From Octopus vulgaris (lineage: Eukaryota), in contig OX597820.1 in the NCBI GenBank assembly GCA_951406725.2, positions 29,946,001 to 30,010,000 of the forward strand: DNA of 64,000 nt. Reading direction: 5' to 3'. The notes under the pieces are model-generated. The model was not told the DNA's origin. It searched no databases and saw nothing but the letters and a program-made list of their open reading frames with translations. Positions 12,790 to 26,396 of the stretch are shown one piece after another. Within the stretch, counting starts at the first letter, position 1, and each line of letters starts with the position of its first letter. Position numbers and translations under genes: made by a program.

Positions 12790-14459
12790 GTGCTATGCAA
12801 ACATATTCACTGTTGAAAGTCAAAATGTACCATCTTCACCATCACTAACAGCAAACTCCATAACAACTATGGAATTTACACCTGCAATGCTGCGACGTCA
12901 CCTTCAAAATAAGCGCAACTATGCCTCCCTGGTCTCGATGGAGTTACATACCTGCTTCTCAAACGTGGCAGGCACTTCCTTTTACACCAGCTTTCTATTT
13001 TCTTCCAGTACTGTCTCAACAATGGTGCTACTCCGGAGCAGTGGAAAACTGCCAGTGTCATTCCTCTGTTCAAAAGGGCGACCGCACATCACCTGTCAAC
13101 TATCGCCCAGTCAGTCTCACTAGCTGTATTGCAAAACTGATGGAATCGTGTGTCAGAGAAACACTCTGGAACTTCTGGAGCTCTCACAGTCTCATCCGAC
13201 CCTCACAATATGGATTTGTCCCTAACTCCAGCTGCAGTGATCAGCTTGTCGAGTTCCTTGAGGACATTACTCAGATCACTGACAGTGGCTCATGGGTGGA
13301 TGTTGTCTACCTTGACTTTGCTAAGGCTTTCAACTCTGTGCCACACAAAAGGCTTATGGTGAAACTCTCTGCAATGGGTGTGGGGGATGACCTTTTTAAC
13401 TGGTTGAAATCCTTCATCCTCAGCCGAAAGGAGGTAGTCACAGTTCTAGGACAGCACTCTACACCATATGAGATGTCATCGGGTGTACCACAGGGATCTG
13501 TCCTTGGTCCCCTCTTGTTTGTGGCATACATTAACGACATAGATGCCAATTTAAAGAATGCCACAGTATTGAAATATGCAGACGACATCAAGCTGTACCT
13601 TGAAATCAAGAGGACAGATCCTGATGTCTACAACTCTTTCCTGCAATCAGACCTAGACACAATGCAGCAATGGATCACAGACTGGCAACTGAAACTGGCT
13701 GTGGACAAGTGTACCACCATGCATTTTGGGAGAAAAACCCTGCGTTCACATACTCCCTCCACAACACTGATATCAAGAAATCCTCTTGTGAGCGTGACCT
13801 AGGCATCACTGTCAGCAGTGATTTGCGTTGGTCAAAGCATATCTCTAAGATTGTCAGGAAGGCCGAGGGTGTCTTGGCATCACTCAGCAGTTCTTTTGTT
13901 AGCCGCTCTCCAGCCATCTATTTAAAACTGTATACAGCTATGGTACGACCACACTTGGAATTCGCATCATCAGTTTGGAACCCCTATCTTGCACAGAACA
14001 TTGACCTCCTGGAATCTGTCCAGAGACGTGCAACCAAACGCATACCCTCCATCAGACACCTACCATATTCTGAGCGCCTTGTTTCCCTGGGCATGGATTC
14101 ACTGAAGCTCCGGCGTTTGGCGACGGACTTGGTAAACACCCACAAAGTTATCAACCACCTCACCAACAACAACACTGAACACCTTTTTGATCTCCATGTG
14201 TCTAACACACGTGGACATGCCTACAAAGTCAGAAAACAATACAGCTCCCATGACTTTCGGAAACATTTTTTCACGCTCAGAGTTGCTGAAGCATGGAATA
14301 AACTGCCTGCGTCAGTTGTTGACTGCCATGACACTGCATCTTTTAAGGCCCTCATGCTTTCCGAAATCCGCCGAAACTACACCTGATTATATATACACTT
14401 TAGATGAGTTGTAGTGCACCTGAGCACTGTACACAATTATTATTATTATTATTATTATA
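12790..14459 (+). mobile_element. CR1-clade LINE, 5'-truncated, frameshifted RT
   Basis: NYRPVSLTS, YLDFAKAF, GVPQGSVLGPLLF, YADD, then after a frameshift near 13735 ERDLGI...VRPHLEFASSVWNP...LESVQRRATK...FFTLRVAEAWNKLP. Stop at 14386, (ATT)n tail at 14437-14459. Confidence 0.93.
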
Positions 14460-14524
14460 ATGAAAGAAATTGTTGTATACAGAGCTCGGGTGCACTACAA
14501 CAACAAAAAAAAAAAAGAAAAGGG

Positions 14525-14870
14525 CCATCAGGTGTAATGTTGGCAGATTTGATTTCAAGAAGCATGGAAATTTTGAAAGTTATAGTGTTTCCACTGCTAA
14601 CAATGAATGCAAGTAGTTTCTTCCATGATTCAATAATTCTGAGCGTGAAAAAATGTTTCCGAAAGTCATGGGTGCTGTGTTGCTTTTCTTTTTTATTTAG
14701 GCGCAGGAGTAGCTGTGTGGTAAGTAGCTTGCTAACCAACCACATGGTTCCGGATTCAGTCCCACTGCGTGGCATCTTGGGCAAGTGTCTTCTGCTATAG
14801 CCCCGGGCCGACCAATGCCTTGTGAGTGGATTTGGTAGACGGAAACTGAAAGAAGCCTGTCGTATATATG

Positions 14871-14905
<35 letters not shown>

Positions 14906-15680
14906 TTGTGTGTCTGTGTTTGTCCCCCTAGCATCGCTTGACAACCGATGGTGGTGTGTTTACGTCCCCGTAACTTAGCGGTTCGGCAAAAAAGAGACCG
15001 ATAGAATAAGTACTGGGCTTACAAAGAATAAGTCCCGGGGTCGAGTAGCTCGATTAAAGGCGGTGCTCCAGCATGGCCGCAGTCAAATGACTGAAACAAG
15101 TAAAAGAGAAAAGAGAAATGTCTGCGAGTGTTTATCATGTGGAATTCAAAAAGGTACTCAAGGTTGTTGTTGTTGTAAAGATGGTGGATAATCTTGTGGG
15201 TGTCTACCAAGTCAGTTTCCAAATGTGTGAGCTTCAATGTATCCATGCCCAGGGAAGCAAGACGTTCAGAGTATGGTAGATGTCTGAAGGCAGATATTCG
15301 TTTTTGTTGCATGTTTCTGAACAGTTTCCAGGAGATTTATATGCTGAGCAAGACAGGGGTTCCGGACTGGTGATGCAAATTCCAAGTATGGACGTACCAT
15401 TGTCGTATACAAATTTTAAATAAAGAGCGGCTGACAGAGGTCTCACTGAATGGTGCTAGCACTCACTCAGCCTTTTTGACAATCTTAGAGATGTGGCTTG
15501 TCCAATGCAGATCGTTGTTTACAATAATGCCCTGATCACGTCCGATAGAAGACTTCTTGAAATTGGTGTTGCTGAGGGAGTATATAAAGGCTGGATTTTC
15601 ACTCCCAAAAATGCATGGTGACGCTCTTGTCCACAGCTAGCTTGAGCTGCCAGTCATAGATCCATTGCTGCATTGTATCC
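14525..15680 (-). mobile_element. Older CR1 copy, tail-to-tail with the previous one, interrupted by a SINE
   Basis: Minus-strand peptides HDFRKHFFTLRIIESWKKL and RHLPYSERLASLGMDTLKL match the 3' part of 12790-14459. Confidence 0.85.
14700..15117 (+). mobile_element. SINE family A, full length
   Basis: Complete head to tail, nested in the CR1 copy. Confidence 0.92.
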
Positions 15681-16889
15681 AGGTTTGAAAGATATTCAAA
15701 CCTCTTATAGGGATATTTATCCAAGATGCAGTGGTTTATTATATTAAAATTTGAAGAGATAATCCTTCAATGAATATATAATATAGAATATCGCAAGATA
15801 TCAGTCATTTCTATTGAGTTAGAAAACAAAGAGATTTATTGGATACAAATTAATTTATTGATTAATCAACATATCAACCAACAATTGTTTCATTTCTCAA
15901 ATAAGATTAAATTACAAAACATATATAAAAATATACTTTTGCAATTTAGATACGTTATAAGGAAAATCGTCAGGATTTCCAGAGGACAATAAGGATACTT
16001 TCAGAATATACAGAATATATAAACATGTTTACTATGCGCGTATGTATGTGTGTGTGCACGCATACATTAAGATTATTCCTTTTATTTCAATTCAATAATA
16101 ATTGAATTGAATGAAATGAGTATTTCCGTCAAATTTGGTGAAATTCCGTTCGGCCGTTTTCCGGTAATTCTGCAAACACACAGACAGACAGATCAAGACG
16201 TGCGACTACAATAATCCTGCTTCGCTTACGCGTACAGGGTTAAATATTCGGAAACGCGGAATAGCCTATGATATGATATAATATGATTTATAATATGGTT
16301 TACAATTTCGGCATAAGGTCAGCAATCTTCTGGGGATGAAGGTTAGTCGATACCATCGATTTAAATACCATGCTTGACTGGTACTTTATTTTATCGACCT
16401 CGGAAGGAAGAAAAGCAAAGTTGACGTTAGTGGGAATGGAACTCAGAACGTAAAGAGACGGAACAAATTATCTCTAACGGATCTAATAACTCACCGCTTA
16501 ATTTCATTTCCATAATATGACATAATAAAATACATGCAGGGAAAATGTTCAAAAGATCCACGTAAAGCGCACTATATAGGAAAATTTGAAAGACCAAGCT
16601 GCGCAAAATGTTTTTAGATAATTTAAAAAACACGAAAATATAAGAGGTTTATAGACGCATATAATTATATCCTTTAATTTGCTGTTTTTTCTTTACACGA
16701 ACTCAGAAGATACACTGCGGAACTGTTATTTTAATGAGTTATGCCTATTTATCAGCCGAAGAGACACATCTGCACCGTCGGATGCTTCTGAATAAGTTGT
16801 TAAGTATCTCACCCGTAAGGGATCGATGCTAGATGGGTCGAAACAATTGCAATGGTTAATAAAAACTCTCATATTTTCCATTTCTCACT

Positions 16890-16966
<77 letters not shown>

Positions 16967-16967
<1 letters not shown>

Positions 16968-18061
16968 CTATATATATAAAACTGAGAATGTGTGTCTGTC
17001 TGTGTGTTTCCTTAAAACCTGAGAACTACACAACCAATTTCATTCAAATTTTACACATGCCTTACTTAGGGTCCAGGGAGTGTCATCGGCAAAAAAATGT
17101 TCAACTTCTTGCCTAGGGCGAGCCCATAGCAATATCATATCTTCTCCACTATTTCAGTATTACGTGTTAAAAGGGAAACAAAAATATTTCTCTATTTTAT
17201 GTCAGATACTTTCACTTTAACAATAAAAATTAGAGATAATAACAATTGAATTATATGTAGTAAGTAATAATTGAAATCAAACTAAAGTATAATATAATCG
17301 TAACATAACAAAAGTAAAAATAGCAACTGGTATAAAATTGCATCAATGACTTGAACTTGAATAAGTGGTTTCACATGAATGGGAATAAATTAAAAATAAA
17401 ATTAGTGTGCAGAAATGGAATAGTCCAGAGGGACTATTATACATAAAGGACTATAGCTTCAACTGCGTACTGACAAAGACGGTGAATCTAGGATAACACC
17501 AGCAAACGAAATAAAAAATTAAATTAAAGAAAAGACTATTGTCTATAAAGTATACAATGTAGAGAAAAAAATATTTGAACATCTGGAGGAAAGCACGATC
17601 GAAAAGTGTCTTGGTGCGACTATGAAAGATATCTAACCAGAGGCGGTAAATTCGCCACAATAGAAGCAAGGTTCGAGTCAACGGAGCGTGCAAGGGAGTA
17701 CTCGACTCGAACCTTGCAAAGTGGAAATATTTTATTTTCACCTTTATATCTGGGACGTAGGACGTCCCGGATAAAAATTTAAAATGTCCCCTCAGAAGTA
17801 GAGTTAGGCTAGATTGTAGCCACACTTCTATACAAGAGGGAGGACAAGATACAATTGATCGTAATTGCAAGAGACGAGCCTACAATTCCAGTCTGTTATA
17901 TATTTTGAGTATTGTTATCACTTGCGATATCAAGATATAACTTTGTATTTTATATTTTATGTGTAGATGTATATATATAGATGTACATGTAATATGTACA
18001 CGTATATATACACATATATACATGCACTAGCACTATGGCCCGGCAACGACGGGTCATAATG

Positions 18062-18064
<3 letters not shown>
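16967..18064 (+). mobile_element. Non-autonomous Helitron-like element
   Basis: Starts A|TCTATATATATAAA followed by (GTCT)-type repeats. Ends with a GC hairpin ggcccggcaacgacgggtc and then gCTA in (TA)n. Confidence 0.6.
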
Positions 18065-18103
<39 letters not shown>

Positions 18104-18107
<4 letters not shown>

Positions 18108-18347
18108 CGGAGTAAACACATAAATGTGAAACAAGGTGGAAAAAAAGAGTACTCAAATACCAGTGGTAGAGTAATATGCTTTATTTTAAGCAGCAGAAAA
18201 TTCAACAAAATCTGTTACTCTGAGTTTCTCGTTGCCGTTCATCAGACAGTTTTTGCTAGAAAAACTGTCTGATGAACTGTTCGATGAACGGCAACGAGAA
18301 ACTCAGAGTAACAGATTTTGTTGAATTTTCTGCTGCTTAAAATAAAG
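18104..18347. mobile_element. Inverted pseudo-LTR pair (PLE remnant) in (TA)n
   Basis: 18179-18347 is a near-perfect palindrome with a ~75 nt one-sided extension, and it contains hammerhead motifs. Confidence 0.7.
18212..18249 (-). ncRNA. Minimal type I hammerhead ribozyme
   Basis: ctgt CTGATGA acg-gcaa-cga GAAA ctcagag TA acag. Confidence 0.7.
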
Positions 18348-18721
18348 TATATATATATATATATACAACAGGCTTCTTTCAGTTTCTGTCTACCAAATCC
18401 ACTCTCAAGGCTTTGGTTGGCCAGAGGCTATAGTCGAAGACACTTGCCCAAGATGCCATGCAGTGGGAATGAACCTGGAACCATGTGGTTGGAAAGTAAG
18501 CTTCTTACTGCACACCCACGCCTACGTCTATACCAGGTAACATACACTAAGCTTTCGTTACGTGAGACGAAGCGCTTTGTTTAAGGTATTTTTTTTCAAT
18601 GTTTTAATGCTTCAGTCAGAATATTAATGAAAGAAAAGATGAGAGAAAGAAGGAAATACCCGTTTTCCTTACCATGAGGTATACGACACCTATTTCGGAA
18701 AAATATATGTGTGTATGTGTG

Positions 18722-18756
<35 letters not shown>

Positions 18757-19173
18757 TTCCTGATTAAGTAAATATATGAGAGTCGTTGTCGTAGCCAAGA
18801 GGAGACTTATGAAAGAAACAGCACACACCCCATGACCTATGGCTGTGTTTATAAGTTTTGGCGACTTAACAGCAGTTGAGACTTAACATCTGTGTCAGGG
18901 TTTGTGTCGGCACCCGAAAGCGTATGGTGTATGGGTGTGAGTGCGCGCGTGTGTGTGCGTGCGTGTGTACGATTGTGTGTGTATGTGTGTGCATGTGTAT
19001 GTGTACGGATGTGTATGTACGAATGTGTGCGTATGCGTGCATGTCTTTACGTGTATAGGTACGTATGTATGTATGTATGTATGCATATATGTATGTATGT
19101 ATGTATGTATGTGTGTATGTATGCATTTATGTATGTATGTATGTATGTATGTATGTATGTACGTATATGTGTG

Positions 19174-19205
<32 letters not shown>

Positions 19206-19312
19206 TGCATGTATGTATGTATGTACGTATGTGTGCGTATATGTATGTATGTATGTATGTACGTATGTATGTATGTATGTATGTATGTATGTTTGTATGT
19301 ATGTATGTATGC

Positions 19313-19345
<33 letters not shown>

Positions 19346-19356
19346 TGTATGTATGC

Positions 19357-19389
<33 letters not shown>

Positions 19390-20050
19390 CGTATGTGTGT
19401 ATGTGTATATGTATGTATGTAAGCGCGGGTGTGTGTTGGCAATTCTACTATATTTGTGTGGCCGGTGCAATGTGGGTGCTTTGCAAGGGTGTTTGTATGG
19501 CGGGATATGCTTATGCGTGTATGTGTGCAAGTTTTGGCCCATGTATTCATACGCCGAGAATGTTTGTGAGAGTGTGTGTGTGTGTGTGTGTATGTGTGTG
19601 TGTGAACGCGCACGTGTTTCTGTTGCTGTTCGTATGTATATTTGAGCAACGTGTGTAAGTGCAGGCGCGTATGTCGTGCTATTTGCTTTATTTCCATACA
19701 ATTGTCAGAGTAAGTGAGACTATTGCATGTGTGTGTGTATGTGTGTGTGTGTGTGTGTGCATGCGTATGTGTATTGTCATAGACGGATGTATATATATGA
19801 CATATGTATGCGTGGGCGTAAGTATTCGCGTTTGTGTGGTGTGCAGTCTGTAGTGATGTGGTGATATTGGTGTGTGTGTGTGCGTGTCTGTCTGTCTGTG
19901 TGGAGGGCTAGTGGCGTGTGTGTAGAAGTGTAGCGGTGGAGTCGGTGGCGGCAGCAGCGGCATGCACACCATGTGTTTGTGAATGGGCGTATACGTCAAG
20001 TTGACACTCTGCTTGGGCATGTTGAGAGATTATTTCAATTGAAAATATTA

Positions 20051-20118
<68 letters not shown>

Positions 20119-20483
20119 AGGATTTGTTTACGTCCCCATAACTTAGCGGTTCGGCAAAAGAGGATGAAGGAATAAGCACGAGAGTAAAAATAAGTACAGG
20201 ATCAAATTGTTTAAGGCATTGCCACAGCATAATGGCAATGCAATGACTAAAACAAATAAAACACAAACAATAATAACTTTCCCTGGACATGTATGCGTGT
20301 TGCTAACACGAAAAAAAAATGTGATTTTCTGGGAAATACTTATCTGAAAGAAAAATAAAGCATTTCCCAGAACATCACAAATACAGGAAGATGTTTAACA
20401 GACGTTCAAATAAATTTACACATAGATGTTGCCCCAATATTAAGAACATCATCAAGCGTAAACATCACCCGAGAGTTCAAATA

Positions 20484-20539
<56 letters not shown>

Positions 20540-20671
20540 GTATGTGTGTGAGTGTGATTGCGCGCGCGAGTGTGCTGTGTATGTGTGCATGTATGTATGT
20601 GTGTATGTTTGCGAGTACACATATACATGTATGTATACATGGGTGTGTACATATATATATATATATACATG

Positions 20672-21908
20672 CAGGGGTTGGACAAAATAATGGATACATC
20701 TTAAAATTTCAAACAAATTTATTCTAATATGGGGTAGGACCGCCTTTGGCAGTAATTACGGCTTGAATTCTACGAGGTATGGACTTGTACAAAGTTTGAA
20801 ATTTTTTCAAAGGAATTTTGTCTATTCTTCAGCTAAAACAGTCTCCAGTTCTTGTGGTGATTATGGTGGAGGATATCGACTCATTACTTGTTTTTCTAGA
20901 ATGCCCCATAAATGTTCAATAATATTGAGATCTGGAGACTGTGATGGCCAGATAAGATGTTCAACTTCACTAGAATGTTCCTCGTGCCATTCAGTAACTT
21001 TAGCTGTGTGAATTGGTGCATTATCATCCTGAAAGATTGTGTTTCCTTCCAGAAACAGTTCCTCAACCATAGAATGAATTTGATCAGATAAAATACTTAA
21101 ATAGTCTTGACTATTAATTCTGCTATGAAGGGAAACCATTGGGCCAACGGATTTCCAAGATATAGCCCCCTAGATCGTCACAGATCCTCCTCCATGTTTA
21201 ACTGTTGGAAGAAGGCAGCCAGGGTCAAATGCTTCTTTTGGCTGTCTCCACACGTATACTCGGCCGGTAGTCGGAAATAAGGTAAAGGATGACTCGTCCG
21301 AGAAAATAACATTCTTCCATTGCTCTAAGGACCAATTCTGTAGGTTTTTACTCCACTCTAAACGCTTTGCAAAGTTTGTTTTTGAAAGTAGTTGTTTTCT
21401 GATTGCAGCCCTCCTGTGAAATCCGGCTTTGTGCAGCTCCCGGCGAACAGTTTTTGTGAAAACTGGGTTCTCTGCAGTAATTTTGCGAGTTGTACTTTTG
21501 TGATCCTTTCTAACAATTCGCGTAAGAATCCGACGGTTCCTATTTCAGTTTTGGTTATCTTCTATAGTTTTGTTTCGATAAGGAGGTTTTTCCCTCTTTC
21601 TCAAAGGCTGTCATTACTTTCGAGACAGTACTTCTTGATACGTCAAATATTTCGGCTGTTTTCGTTATGTCAGTGCCTGCCATAAGAGCAATAACAATTT
21701 GACCTCTTTGAAAGTCCGACAGATCTGTCATTTTAATGACTTTTTTCTGATGTCATCTGAAAAGAATCAGCAATTTTAACAAAACATATTAAGCAACACT
21801 AATAATAAATCAAAAAACATAAAAATAAACAAGCTTTTGACGGTTTTATAGATATTTCAAAATTATGACGCTATGATGCTGCGTGTTTCCATTATTTTGT
21901 CCAACACC

Positions 21909-21910
<2 letters not shown>
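20672..21910 (-). mobile_element. Tc1-family DNA transposon, near full length, defective
   Basis: Terminal inverted repeats cagg(g/t)gttggacaaaataatgga(t/a)aca at both ends, with a transposase inside. Confidence 0.92.
20724..21731 (-). pseudogene. Tc1 DDE transposase pseudogene
   Basis: MTDLSDFQRGQIV..., VIFSDESSF, FQDDNAPIH, SPDLNIIEHLW, AKGGPTPY*. Internal stops and indels are present. Confidence 0.88.
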
Positions 21911-21963
<53 letters not shown>

Positions 21964-22357
21964 CTGAACCTTGGAAGGGGTATTATGCCGGTAATAATAA
22001 GCACACACAAAGTTCAATACCATTTCTTTCAACACAACACATGAATTCGCATCAAATGTCTTTTCCAAACCAAGTACAAATACGAACTATATATATATAT
22101 ATATATACATACATACATACATACATACATACATACATACATACATACATACATACATACATACATACATACACACATACATACATACACACACACACAC
22201 ATACATACATACATACATACATACATACATACATACATACATACATAAATACATACATACATACATATATACAAATACACAAGCTCGTACAATATCTTTA
22301 TCATAAACGCCTGATCAAGTGGCCAAGCTCCAGGGTCTCGACAGTTACGACCAGGGT

Positions 22358-22596
22358 GAGCTTTTGGTGATGTTCATGGGTGATGGTGTTCTACATATTA
22401 GGGCAGCAGCTGTATGATAATTTATTTGGCCGTCTGTTAATGGTCTTCCTGTATTTGTGATTTTTCTGAGAAATGCTTATCCAAAAGAGAAAGAAAGCAT
22501 TTCCCAGAACATCACAAATACAGGAAGATCTTTAACGGATGTTCAATTAAATTGATACACAGCTGCTTCACCACGCGTAAACATCACCAAGAGTTC
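22358..22596. repeat. Imperfect ~240 bp palindrome derived from PLE coding sequence (second partial copy at 20320-20478)
   Basis: Arms gagcttttggtgatg...tcttcctgtatttgtgat...gaaatgctt / aagcatttc...atcacaaatacaggaaga...catcaccaagagttc. Confidence 0.65.
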
Positions 22597-22629
<33 letters not shown>

Positions 22630-22735
22630 TGTATGTATGTATGTATGTATGTATACGGAATAGAAGCGCTATTTCTCTTGGACAAAATACAATGAATGGC
22701 TTCCTTACGGGTTCAAATATAAACTGGTAACAAGT

Positions 22736-22791
<56 letters not shown>

Positions 22792-22849
22792 TCAAAGAAA
22801 CTATAACTTCGTCTGATTTCCACGTTTTATTTACAATCTTATAATAATA

Positions 22850-23100
22850 CTAGCAAACGCACCCGTCCTTTGGACGGTTTAAATTGCTTTGGTGGTATTT
22901 TTTTCATTAAATAATTGAACTACCGAGTAGGTTTATGAGTAGCACGGCAATCTACGACTAACCTTAGAACGGAAAATCAAATTGAAGGCTGGTTATTCTG
23001 TATGTTGTTGCACTTTAATGGGACATAAGTAATGTGTGCGTAAAGTTTGGTGAAAATCAGTCGAGAATTGTGGAAATGAATGCGTTCAGTGTTCCTAGTC
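22850..23100 (-). mobile_element. Helitron 3' end
   Basis: Minus strand reads ccgtcc-aaa-ggacgg hairpin, then gtgcgtttgCTAG|T. The same hairpin is at 49795-49806. The 5' limit is uncertain. Confidence 0.6.
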
Positions 23101-23800
23101 AATCTGATTATATGTTTGGCTCTGAATTTTGAACGTTGGCATATAGGAGTCTGCACGAATGGGTTTGTGACTAAGACTTGTCATCTGGAAGGCAGAGTTA
23201 GAAGCGCGAATTTTCTATATAAATTGCTGCGACCAAGAACTAAAGAGAGGAAAGGCTGAGGAGAGCTTTGCAGGTCAGGCAAGCGAAACTTTCTGTTTGA
23301 GCAACATAGAATTCTCCAACCCACTTGATGACATATTACACACATATCCCCGTGACAGTTTCTCGATAAATGGCATAATCCACGGCAGGATCATAGTTTA
23401 GCGCCTTTGATGCCCATCGACCACTTCCAATAGCCATGGGTAAGTGCTTTCTGGTGAACATTAGACTGATGTCTCATCATCCGATGATTATCGTCATCTG
23501 CCAACCTCCCGACAGAAGTGGATGCAGCGTTGCGTGCCCGACGGATAGCACTCTCTTCTGGGGCATCTCCGGCTCACGTGGCAGAGGTGGAGGGGGAAGA
23601 TGGTGGTGGTGGTGGTGGTGGTGATGGTATGTGTAGCTGTAATAAAACAACTTTAACCCTAAATAAGCTTATTTTAACTGACTTCTCTCTTGACTTAGCT
23701 AGTATTTACCTGCTATCGTCATCATTAGAACCTTTAGTATTATTGTTGTTGTTGCTGTTGTTGTTAGTGGTAGTAGTCGTAGCAGTGGAAATAGTACCTC

Positions 23801-23877
<77 letters not shown>

Positions 23878-24289
23878 GTTGTTGTTGTTGTTGTTCATTT
23901 AGCTTGGGTTGGAATTTATAAATAAAGTTCATTTCTCTGATTTTTCTCTCGATTTCACTTGGACTGTGTAGTTTGTGGAATGGAAATATAAATATTTGCA
24001 AACTTAACATTTTGGAGCCTATACAAATGTATTTAAGGCATACATTTCAGCCATCTCACAACAGTTGTAAATTCTAAAACATAACTGTCACCACTACTAT
24101 ATGAACATAAAGATTGCATTGTTTAATGCATGGAAGTACAAGTTTAATCAGAATGGGCATTTAATATACTATCATTTTATTAAATTATATTATGTTATAT
24201 TATATTATATTATATTATATCATATTATATTATAGTATTATAAGATTGTAATTAAGAAGTGAAAATCAAAGTTGAGATTTGACTGTATG

Positions 24290-24355
<66 letters not shown>

Positions 24356-24452
24356 TGTATGTATGTATGTATGTATGTATGTATGTATGTATGTATGTAT
24401 GTATGTATGTATGTATGTATGTATGTATGTATGTATGTATGTATGTATGTAT

Positions 24453-24632
24453 GTCATTATTCAGTTTTAGTTCAAGATTTCTTGCCAATAGAGATAAAGA
24501 GCCAGTTTCTAACCTAGATCCCAAACTCCTTCATTGGAATTTCAACAACATCAACAGGGTATTTTTGTATGTATGTATACGTGCAGATTCGTATGCTTTG
24601 TTTTATGTATATATTCTCATGCATAGAGTTGC

Positions 24633-24663
<31 letters not shown>

Positions 24664-26040
24664 TGTATGTATGTATGTATGTATGTATGTATGTATGTAT
24701 GTATGTATGTTTATACGGATGTTTTCTATAGCAGAAATGTTATATATATTTGCCTTAGAGCAGTCTCTTCTGCAGATGGTATTGTATATTGTTTTAGCAA
24801 CAACATCATGTCACTGTAGGAGGTAATGTTTTGATGACATTTTTTTGGTAGCTACGGATTATATGTATTATGTCCTTCGCAGAAGGGCGACATAATTGAC
24901 ATTTGTGGTTGTATTTTAAAGGTTTAAGAGCTTCACTTTCCTGTTTGTTCATTAGATACTTTGAAGCTATCTTCTGCTCTTAGATTGCGAATGCGTAGCC
25001 TTCCAGATGTGACGGGATGTAACGGTCGCGGATCCAATAGAGGCTGCACTTCAGCTTTCTATTGTTGTCCTTTTCAAGTTTACAGGAAACACACCATTTC
25101 ATCACCTATTTATGAAATGCAGTCGACTGAGATATGATAGTCTTTCATTTTTGAGGTCATCAGAGAGTTACTGTTTCCTGAGGAGTTCACTACTGACCCA
25201 CAGGAGGTCATGAACTTCTATGTGCTCTTAGCTGATGCATTTATTTTTGCTACCACTGCTACAGCTACTGTTTTAGCAATACTGTTTGCAAATTTCGGCA
25301 CAAGGCCAGCAATTTTGGGGGGAAGGCTAAGATGATTACATCGAACTCAGTATTTAACTGGTACTTATTTTATTAAAAGATGAAAGACAAAGTCCTTTCT
25401 ACTCTAGGCACAAGGCCTCAGATTTGAGGAAGGGGTATAGTCGATTATATCGACCCTAGTATAAGGACTATTATTATACTAGGGTCGATGTAATCGACTA
25501 TACCCCTTCCCCAAATTTGAGGCCTTGTGCCTAGAGTAGAAAGGAAGATGAAAGACAAAGTCGACCTCTACGGAATTAAGCATTTTGCCTGGCGTGCCAA
25601 CGATTCCGCCAGTTTGCTACCCTACTGTCTGAGTAATATTGATATCCCCTGATACTCGAAGACTCATTTCAAGCGCGATCTTCCTTCTGTTTTTTTCTCG
25701 GTTACGGTCTGTCAATATCATTTTCTGTGGAAATTTGCAGTTGATATCAGAATATTGCAAATTTTAAAGTCAACAGAGCGGCTTTCCTCTATATAGACAC
25801 GTTGAGTATCCCCAATGGATACTATAAATGAATTCATATCAACGGATACCATCTTTGTCTGCAGTACTTTTGTATGATATAGCTTCATCAGTGCCTAAGT
25901 ATTTGTAGCACTTGGTTTTGAGGAGCAGGGGGCCATTATATCAACAGCTATGTAGAGGAATCAAGACAGTATACATGAACCAAGGTAGTGCAAATATTAA
26001 ATTCTTCTGAGCGATATACACATGCTTACATACATACAAA
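24453..26040 (-). mobile_element. Highly decayed RLE-type LINE between (CATA)n tracts, interrupted by SINE B
   Basis: Minus-strand remnants CYKYLGTDE, EGYAFAI*EQKIASKYL, EDIIHII...HDVVAKTIYNTIC. The probable 3' UTR at 24453-24565 is repeated on the plus strand at 26116-26218. Confidence 0.6.
25395..25544. repeat. Palindromic insertion of two SINE B 3' ends with an 18-bp direct repeat
   Basis: Arms of about 70 bp. aagatgaaagacaaagtc occurs at 25377-25394 and 25545-25562. Confidence 0.8.
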
Positions 26041-26086
26041 CATACATACATACATACATACATACATACATACATACATACATACA

Positions 26087-26117
<31 letters not shown>

Positions 26118-26220
26118 TCTGTTCTTGTTGAAATTCCAATGAAGGAGCCTTGGATCTCGGTTAGAAACCGGTTCTTTCTCTATTGGCGAGAAATCTTGAA
26201 ATAAACTGAATAATGACATA

Positions 26221-26301
<81 letters not shown>

Positions 26302-26365
26302 CTATACACACACACAGACATACATATATATACATAATGACATACATACATACATACATACAAAC

Positions 26366-26396
<31 letters not shown>

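Noticed and set aside
16805-16852. Hammerhead-like ggtc-GAAA-caattg segment
   Set aside because: No recognisable CUGANGA core or stem I.
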